Shown: one piece after another, positions 58,171 to 64,000 of the stretch
Layout: every line of letters starts with the position of its first letter
Position numbering within the stretch: position 1 is the stretch's first letter
DNA from: a virus
DNA length: 64,000 bases
Strand: one strand, 5' to 3'
IMG/VR virus record: IMGVR_UViG_3300044730_002015
Span: 32,001 to 96,000 of that record
Made by a program: the position numbers and the translations under genes
Notes under the pieces: generated by a model
The model's input: only the letters and a program-made list of their open reading frames with translations
Databases searched by the model: none
Told to the model about the DNA's origin: nothing

Positions 58171-61100
58171 TTAATAGATTATATTCACCCGTGGGAACAA
58201 CAAGTATTTATTGTAACGGTTATCATCCACGAACTCGCCAACGATATAGATATTGCTGCCCTCGCTGGCTTCGCTGAAACCAGCCGTGGTTAGATTGCTT
58301 AAACCAATGGTATTTTCTACCGCAGCACGTCCTATAGTGGTTGTGCCATTGGCACTGACATAGGTATTGGATGCTGTATAATAACTGTTGGCATAAATCA
58401 CATTGGCAGGAACAATGTTGCCTTGATTGATAAAATATGCCAGCTGTCCTTGGGCATTGCCAATGAAAGTGGTATATCCAACCGTGGTCAAGCCCGCGAT
58501 AGTGGCTGTGCTGTTGCCTGTGATATTGTCTCCTACACGCAGGGTCATTATCTGGCCTGATGTTGGAGGATTTATAGTAATGGTGTTGGCAGCAGTGTTA
58601 ACATCAACTATCTGCATACCAGTGTCAATGGTATTGGCCCAGGTTCCATTGCCGACGTTGCCTGCGATCAATTCTCCAGCATCAACATTGGCAGTGGTAG
58701 AAAATGTATAATTCCAAGTCAGGGACTGATCTAGTTCGTATCTGTCTAATTCAAAGTTGATACGATTCAATTGTCCAGCCCATTTTAAATTTAATCTATA
58801 GGCTATTTCTGCCGACATATTGGGCATGGTATAACACACTACCCAGCTGGGAGTCCAGCCCAGTAATTTTCCCGTGGATTGTCTGCTGCGCATCCATAAT
58901 GGCAACAGGGTATTGACACGTCCTATGTCTAGATAGATGCGCTCCCTCATGTTGTCCAGGCTATTGGGATACACAGCTTGTATATCAGCGCGGTTAGGTG
59001 GCCAGGCCACTTCCAGTCCCACACTGACTCCTGAATTATTTTCTAGATTGTCTATTAATTCGCTGTAGACCACTTCATAAATTATGGTTTCATCTGGGGA
59101 TCTGGCCACGGCTGATTTAAAAGGAGCCAGATTCACAAATCTATGATAGTGATTTTTTTGCATGGCATTGAAATATACCTGGCTGTTGGCCACATTCAGT
59201 CCAGTGGCGTGTAGATATGTCAAAGAGTCTGCTATGCCAAAGTTAGGATCTTCAAATCTATAGATCCAACTGGCGGGCATACTATCGCTGTCTGTGAGTA
59301 TGGCACTGATTATACCCTGTGATTCTGCAGGAGGATATGCCTGGATATAAAGACTGTTGTAGGGCAATTCATAGGCAGCCACCACAGTGATACGAAAATC
59401 CTTGGCCAATGTCACAGAAAATATTCCGCCCTGCGGATTTACTATCTGCTGGCCGCTGGCTGTGACGGTAAAATCAAATGTTTTGATTCCAGTGGTGCCG
59501 GGAGAAAAAATAGAAAACAAAGGTCGGCCAATGATCAGTCCTGTTTCGCTGAGTTTCAGTCCTGGGGGCAATATACCGTCGGTAACAGTGTATATAAACG
59601 ATGATATCACATCGCTGGTGGCCAGCATCTGCAGTTCGCTGGCCTGGCCCACGGCCACTGTGCCTACATCAAATTCTGTGACCCAGGTATTCTGCGAAGG
59701 ACGGCGGCCCCAGACAAATATGCTGTAGGTATATTCATATGAAACATATTCTCCTATGTTGGTAGGAATATATGCTTCAATGGTAAATGTATAGGTTGTG
59801 TCAAATTCGCTTATGACATAACCATAGATAAAACCCGTGTCGGCGTTCAGTGTCAGCCCTGGCGGCAAACTACCACCGGTCACACGATAAAATACTTCGC
59901 GTCCGTTGGGATCATATCCAACGAATTTAAATGCGTAAAAATTGCCATTGATGACAGGTCTGAGATTGCCGGGTGTGCTTAATAATATGGGTTCATACTT
60001 GTTGCTCATGTCCGCGGAATAATAACCGCGTCCACCGTAACCCATGCCACTGGCAAACGGATTGGTGAATACCAAAGGATGACCTTGGTCTAGTTCTGTG
60101 GTTCTAAATTCCTGGGATGATAAGGTGCCTAGATAATTGTCTAATTCATAGTAATATGTGAAAACACTGGCATTACCGGCATAGGCATTGGCCAAGTCAG
60201 CGATACGAACATTGGCATTACTGCCGATCGATCCGGCAATTTCAATATTGGACGTGGTTAATAAAGCACCTACAACAAGGGTCCCGGTATTACTATACAG
60301 ATAACCGGATATAATTTCTCCGTCAAATACTTGTTCTGCTAGATAATCATTGTCGTCGGATCCAAAACTTGTTTTCAAGAACAATATATTGGCGACTGCA
60401 TCAAATTCGCTGGTGGAGATAGCGTCTTCAGACAAGGTAATCTGGCTGTAAGTGTTGCTGCCGATTTCTACATTGGTAGTCACTGCTGTGACCAGCGTTA
60501 TGGTATTGGCTAAATTGCCAGGAAAGTACTGTTCACTGACTATGGGGTCACCCGCAATGATTGTGACATTATCGTAGTCGGCCTGGGGAATATAAACTGT
60601 ATTGCTGCCAAATATAACTGCTAGATTAGACGTTACCGGCTGTGCTGCAATGGTAAAATTATCTGTGTCTGCCGACCAATAGTCCCTGGCATTGATGCCA
60701 ATGGTAAACATCTGATAGGATGTAAATGTACCGTCGTCGATTTCTATGTTGGCATCAAACTGTACAAATCTTGGCCAACTGTAAGGTGGTTTGACCACTG
60801 CTGGTTCGCCAGCATTGTTAACCGTGGTCAGTACTGGAATTCCACGGATATACCAATTGCCGGAATCCTCAACAATGTTGACGTTGTAAGGCAAGGCATT
60901 GCTGTCATAGGTAAGGCCAATGGTGACATTGCTGTTGGGATCTTGATCCTCATAGGTCAGTTGATAACCTTGATAAGTGTTGGCTATGTACTGCCCCGCA
61001 AGGTATGTGCCGACGTTGGAATTGGCAGTGAAATACGGTGCGTCTCTGCCCTCGACAGATATCGCAAATGCTGCGTCAGCAAACTGATTACCTATGTTGG

Positions 61101-61356
61101 CACGTATGGTAAATTCGCTGACGGTGGTAAAATCTACTAGATCAACTGTACCCGTGATATTACAGTAAACACGGTTGCCAATGACATCATTGTTGCCAAA
61201 GGTCAGGCCTTCGGGTAATTGACCCGAATGGAAAGTATATACACAGTTACTGACGCCGTCGTTGCCGATGGCTTCAAATCTGAAATTACCTTCCTGGCCT
61301 TCGGATAAATCTCCGATGAGTCCAGTGCGAGATATCCATATGGGAAACACTGACAT
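58171..61356 (-). CDS. Putative baseplate wedge protein with Ig-like repeats
   Basis: Repeated SG.LP.GL.L...G.I.G Ig-like motifs; LPLWMRS.Q, FELDRY and terminal KYLLFP, reminiscent of T4-like wedge proteins. Confidence 0.65.
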   Translation of the reverse strand: MSVFPIWISRTGLIGDLSEGQEGNFRFEAIGNDGVSNCVYTFHSGQLPEGLTFGNNDVIGNRVYCNITGTVDLVDFTTVSEFTIRANIGNQFADAAFAISVEGRDAPYFTANSNVGTYLAGQYIANTYQGYQLTYEDQDPNSNVTIGLTYDSNALPYNVNIVEDSGNWYIRGIPVLTTVNNAGEPAVVKPPYSWPRFVQFDANIEIDDGTFTSYQMFTIGINARDYWSADTDNFTIAAQPVTSNLAVIFGSNTVYIPQADYDNVTIIAGDPIVSEQYFPGNLANTITLVTAVTTNVEIGSNTYSQITLSEDAISTSEFDAVANILFLKTSFGSDDNDYLAEQVFDGEIISGYLYSNTGTLVVGALLTTSNIEIAGSIGSNANVRIADLANAYAGNASVFTYYYELDNYLGTLSSQEFRTTELDQGHPLVFTNPFASGMGYGGRGYYSADMSNKYEPILLSTPGNLRPVINGNFYAFKFVGYDPNGREVFYRVTGGSLPPGLTLNADTGFIYGYVISEFDTTYTFTIEAYIPTNIGEYVSYEYTYSIFVWGRRPSQNTWVTEFDVGTVAVGQASELQMLATSDVISSFIYTVTDGILPPGLKLSETGLIIGRPLFSIFSPGTTGIKTFDFTVTASGQQIVNPQGGIFSVTLAKDFRITVVAAYELPYNSLYIQAYPPAESQGIISAILTDSDSMPASWIYRFEDPNFGIADSLTYLHATGLNVANSQVYFNAMQKNHYHRFVNLAPFKSAVARSPDETIIYEVVYSELIDNLENNSGVSVGLEVAWPPNRADIQAVYPNSLDNMRERIYLDIGRVNTLLPLWMRSRQSTGKLLGWTPSWVVCYTMPNMSAEIAYRLNLKWAGQLNRINFELDRYELDQSLTWNYTFSTTANVDAGELIAGNVGNGTWANTIDTGMQIVDVNTAANTITINPPTSGQIMTLRVGDNITGNSTATIAGLTTVGYTTFIGNAQGQLAYFINQGNIVPANVIYANSYYTASNTYVSANGTTTIGRAAVENTIGLSNLTTAGFSEASEGSNIYIVGEFVDDNRYNKYLLFPRVNIIY

Positions 61357-61357
61357 A

Positions 61358-61465
61358 CTAGATTATCACTGCCTCAAGTATTGCACAGGTCTTGGGTTGA
61401 TTTTTGGCCGTGGGCCGTGACGTTTTTGCGAGATCTTTACCCGATATTCCTAGTGCTGTTGGCAT
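61358..61465 (-). CDS. 35-aa small ORF MPTALGISGKDLAKTSRPTAKNQPKTCAILEAVII
   Basis: AGGAG RBS, CTAAATA upstream (61485-61491), stop 1 nt before the next ATG. Confidence 0.5.
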   Translation of the reverse strand: MPTALGISGKDLAKTSRPTAKNQPKTCAILEAVII

Positions 61466-61473
61466 CTTTGCTC

Positions 61474-61502
61474 CTGATTTAACGTATTTAGCGAAAAATC
61501 AG
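61474..61502 (-). promoter_or_regulatory. Late-type promoter CTAAATA in the loop of an inverted repeat abutting the RBS
   Basis: CTGATTT (61474-61480) / AAATCAG (61496-61502). Confidence 0.5.
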
Positions 61503-61514
61503 TGGGCAATGGGA

Positions 61515-62786
61515 CTAGGTCAATGACAGCACTATAGCACCAGGATTTCCTGCCTGGCCCTGTGGCACCGTAACTCCGCCCAGACCCGACTGTCCCCAGA
61601 GGCTGACAGGACTGTATGCTGGATCTGTGTTGTTGGCTGCTGTTCTCGCAGCGTTGGGAAATGGCGGGCTGGGGTTTGGACCACCCTGCCCCGACAGCGT
61701 AGAACCACCGGTGATATAGGAAGAATTAAAATATCCTGATCCTCCGCCTCCGGCACCTCCTCCGGTGTTGTTGGGCAAGGCCGGTGGTGCAGTTGTGGGA
61801 CTGATCCATTTACCTCCACCTCCACCTCCACGGAATCCACCGCCGCCTCCCCCGGCACCATAAGAAGTTGGTGCCGGACTGGGATAACTGTTGTAGGATC
61901 CTGATCCTCCTTGCGCCCATCCCGGAGCAGGAGGTTGCCCTGGAGAAAACACATTACCGGTACGACCATGTCCTCCCCAATTTTGCAACGGTGGTGCATC
62001 GGGTCTATAGTATGTAGGACCGCTGGGGCCTACCACTGGCACTGCCGGAGCTGGTACGGGTGTGCTGTTGACACCGCCAGAACTGGTTCCTGGGCCATTC
62101 CAGTAAGCACCGCCGCCCCAATAAACTCCTGCTATGGTAGTGGGATATGAATAACCAGCGATGCTACCGTCAGTGGCATTTTGACCACCGCCTCCACCGC
62201 CAATAAACGCACCGTTGGGCCCACCCACAGCTGGATTGATGGGATTTTGTGCTGTGGTTCTTACTCCGGCACCACCTCCGCCACCTGCTACTGCCACCAC
62301 AGCAGATACATTTGAACCCACCAACGGAGCCGGTATGTCTCCTATGTCTATGCCTGTAGCACCACCGCCACCAGCACCTCCGCGTGTGGACAGCGAACCT
62401 CCACCGCCACCAGCAGCCACTACACAGGTATAGGTTTGTCCTTGAGTGATATTCCAAGTTCCGCCGGTATAGCCTGCTCCGCCACCAGGTGATCCTGCGG
62501 TGGTAGGACTGGGTATTCCCGGCACCGGTGATAGTGTACCACCACCTCCACCTCCCCACATTTTAAGCACGATACCGGCTGTGGCTTCGGCTCTGACACG
62601 CCAGGTGCCAGCAGTGCCCATGACCAATGGACCATTGCCTCCCGAAGGAACAGGATTGAGATCCCATGATATGGGAGTAGGACTGCTAGGACTAGATAAT
62701 ATAGTCAATTGACCAACGTTGCCACCACCGCCGCTGGGCACAGGGGCCGCTGTAATATATCCCGGGCCTAGATTGATTCCAGACAT
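61515..62786 (-). CDS. Gly/Pro-rich adhesin-like protein
   Basis: Start re-called at MSGINL; KMWGGGGGG, VAGGGGGAG, GGGGSGY; follows a fibre gene. Confidence 0.75.
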   Translation of the reverse strand: MSGINLGPGYITAAPVPSGGGGNVGQLTILSSPSSPTPISWDLNPVPSGGNGPLVMGTAGTWRVRAEATAGIVLKMWGGGGGGTLSPVPGIPSPTTAGSPGGGAGYTGGTWNITQGQTYTCVVAAGGGGGSLSTRGGAGGGGATGIDIGDIPAPLVGSNVSAVVAVAGGGGGAGVRTTAQNPINPAVGGPNGAFIGGGGGGQNATDGSIAGYSYPTTIAGVYWGGGAYWNGPGTSSGGVNSTPVPAPAVPVVGPSGPTYYRPDAPPLQNWGGHGRTGNVFSPGQPPAPGWAQGGSGSYNSYPSPAPTSYGAGGGGGGFRGGGGGGKWISPTTAPPALPNNTGGGAGGGGSGYFNSSYITGGSTLSGQGGPNPSPPFPNAARTAANNTDPAYSPVSLWGQSGLGGVTVPQGQAGNPGAIVLSLT

Positions 62787-62787
62787 T

Positions 62788-64000
62788 TTACTGTACGCCC
62801 GAGCCGCCGATGAACCAAGTGTCGCTGGCAACCTTGGTCAGCGTGGCCACAGCATATCCTGTCAGCGTTCTGTTGCCCGACACTGAGATATTGCCAGCCA
62901 AGTTTAGCGTGACTCCCACTGAAGGAACCACTGTACAATTAGATACGCTGCCATTGAACAACATGACTGCTGTGCCTATGGGAAATGAAACAGAAGAATT
63001 AGCCGGAATGTTTACCTGTATACCATTGGTAGTGGTGTAATAGTGTTTGCCTGCATCAGCAAGACCTAGAGTTTGATTGGTGCTCCACTGTACCTGAGGA
63101 ATGCTTCGGTAACCAATATTAAATCCATTCACATTGCCTTCGGCCATGTTGGCAAAGCCAGTGACAGTGATGTTGCTGAATTGTGCCGTAGTATTGGCCG
63201 TGGCCAGGTAGTTGGCCACGTTGGCATTGGAATACTGTAGATTCTGCAGATTGGCAATGGCTGTGCTTTGCGTGGCAGCGTTGGCATACAAGGCAACAAT
63301 GTCGCTGCTTTGAGCCAAGTTACCTGTGTAGGTAGGCAAATAATTTTGCACATTGGTATTGCCATAGGCATTGACTATACTGCTGTAAGGTATGCCTGTG
63401 ATAGATGCACCGTTGCCAATAAGATATGTACCCTGCACGTTGGCTGTGGTGGTGACATTGCCAGTTAAACTATTGATGGCACCGGTATAGGTAGGTAAGA
63501 ATGCCGCTACATCCGCATTGCTGTAGGTAGCTCCTAGGCCAGTTAAAAATCTGCCATTGCCCAGCAGATAAGTTCCTGTGACATTGCCCTGTACAGATAA
63601 ATCAGGATACATGGTCCAGCGATCGTTGCCGGGCTGTGAAACATAAATGAAGTTGGCTATATCTGGATCAAGGCTGCCAACCATCAATCCGGCACCGTCG
63701 GCCAAGGTGTTGCTGGTAGCATTGGCCGCTACTGTGATAATTTTATTGGTGATATCTAAACTGTTGGCAGTAATAGTGGTTCCAATAACACTGAGATTGC
63801 CACTGATAGTTACATTATTAGATACTGTGATATTATTAGATTGTAAGTTGCCGGTATAGGTAGGCAAATAGTTCTGCACGTTGGTGTTGCTGTAGCCACC
63901 TGTGGCTGCTGAAATATTGCCTATGAGATATGCACCTTGTACATTGGCAGTGGTGGTGACATTGCCAGTTAAACTATTGATGGCACCGGTGTATGTGGGC
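62788..64000 (-). CDS. Tail fibre protein, C-terminal part (5' end outside the window)
   Basis: Frame appears open to the window edge; same repeats and same C-terminal domain as the 3863-aa fibre. Confidence 0.8.
   Translation of the reverse strand, partial: PTYTGAINSLTGNVTTTANVQGAYLIGNISAATGGYSNTNVQNYLPTYTGNLQSNNITVSNNVTISGNLSVIGTTITANSLDITNKIITVAANATSNTLADGAGLMVGSLDPDIANFIYVSQPGNDRWTMYPDLSVQGNVTGTYLLGNGRFLTGLGATYSNADVAAFLPTYTGAINSLTGNVTTTANVQGTYLIGNGASITGIPYSSIVNAYGNTNVQNYLPTYTGNLAQSSDIVALYANAATQSTAIANLQNLQYSNANVANYLATANTTAQFSNITVTGFANMAEGNVNGFNIGYRSIPQVQWSTNQTLGLADAGKHYYTTTNGIQVNIPANSSVSFPIGTAVMLFNGSVSNCTVVPSVGVTLNLAGNISVSGNRTLTGYAVATLTKVASDTWFIGGSGVQ

Noticed and set aside
13104-63859. 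Many plus-strand ORFs (poly-Pro, MLPV-type) in the ORF track
   Set aside because: Antisense shadows of Gly- and Asn-rich minus-strand genes, without RBS or independent motifs
19736-64000. Diversity-generating retroelement targeting fibres
   Set aside because: No reverse transcriptase in the window and no template/variable pair with adenine-specific differences noticed
1-64000. Stop-codon reassignment, including as an explanation of the Cys excess
   Set aside because: TAA, TAG and TGA all end genes at tight junctions; long ORFs are intact in code 11; the Cys codons are ordinary TGT/TGC
1-64000. tRNA/rRNA genes, integrase or transposase
   Set aside because: No cloverleaf with a T-loop in the few intergenic gaps and no recombinase motifs recognised

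Overview
The window is a 64-kb segment of a large lytic dsDNA tailed phage with T4-like/jumbo myovirus character. A Gram-negative host is suggested by a spanin pair and a proteobacterial-type PstS. Almost every gene is on the minus strand; phoH and a tiny downstream ORF are the exceptions. Left arm (1-13 kb): a candidate structured RNA, a methyltransferase-like gene, pstS with a Pho box, a lysis cassette (peptidase M15 endolysin, i/o-spanins, holin candidates), phoH, small proteins with a shared N-terminal motif, an RFC/gp44 clamp loader, a cytidylyltransferase, GroES, a stand-alone DnaE fragment, an Hc1-like protein and MazG. Middle (14.7-19.7 kb): a block of three glycosyltransferase-type genes (one fused to a methyltransferase), a sulfotransferase and an APS-kinase/HxGH-nucleotidyltransferase fusion. 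This block lies directly downstream of a 1764-aa fibre with about 6% cysteine. Right arm (19.7-64 kb): a baseplate-wedge-like gene, many Asn-rich repetitive fibre proteins (up to 3863 aa) and polyglycine gp38-like adhesin candidates. The most interesting hypothesis is a phage-encoded virion glycosylation/sulfation system with its own PAPS supply, acting on fibres with residue-specific (Cys, Asn, Pro) enrichment. Also notable are recurrent promoter-embedded hairpins that hide ribosome-binding sites, a pseudoknotted RNA candidate and unannotated microproteins. All product calls come from motif recognition by eye; no database searches were run.
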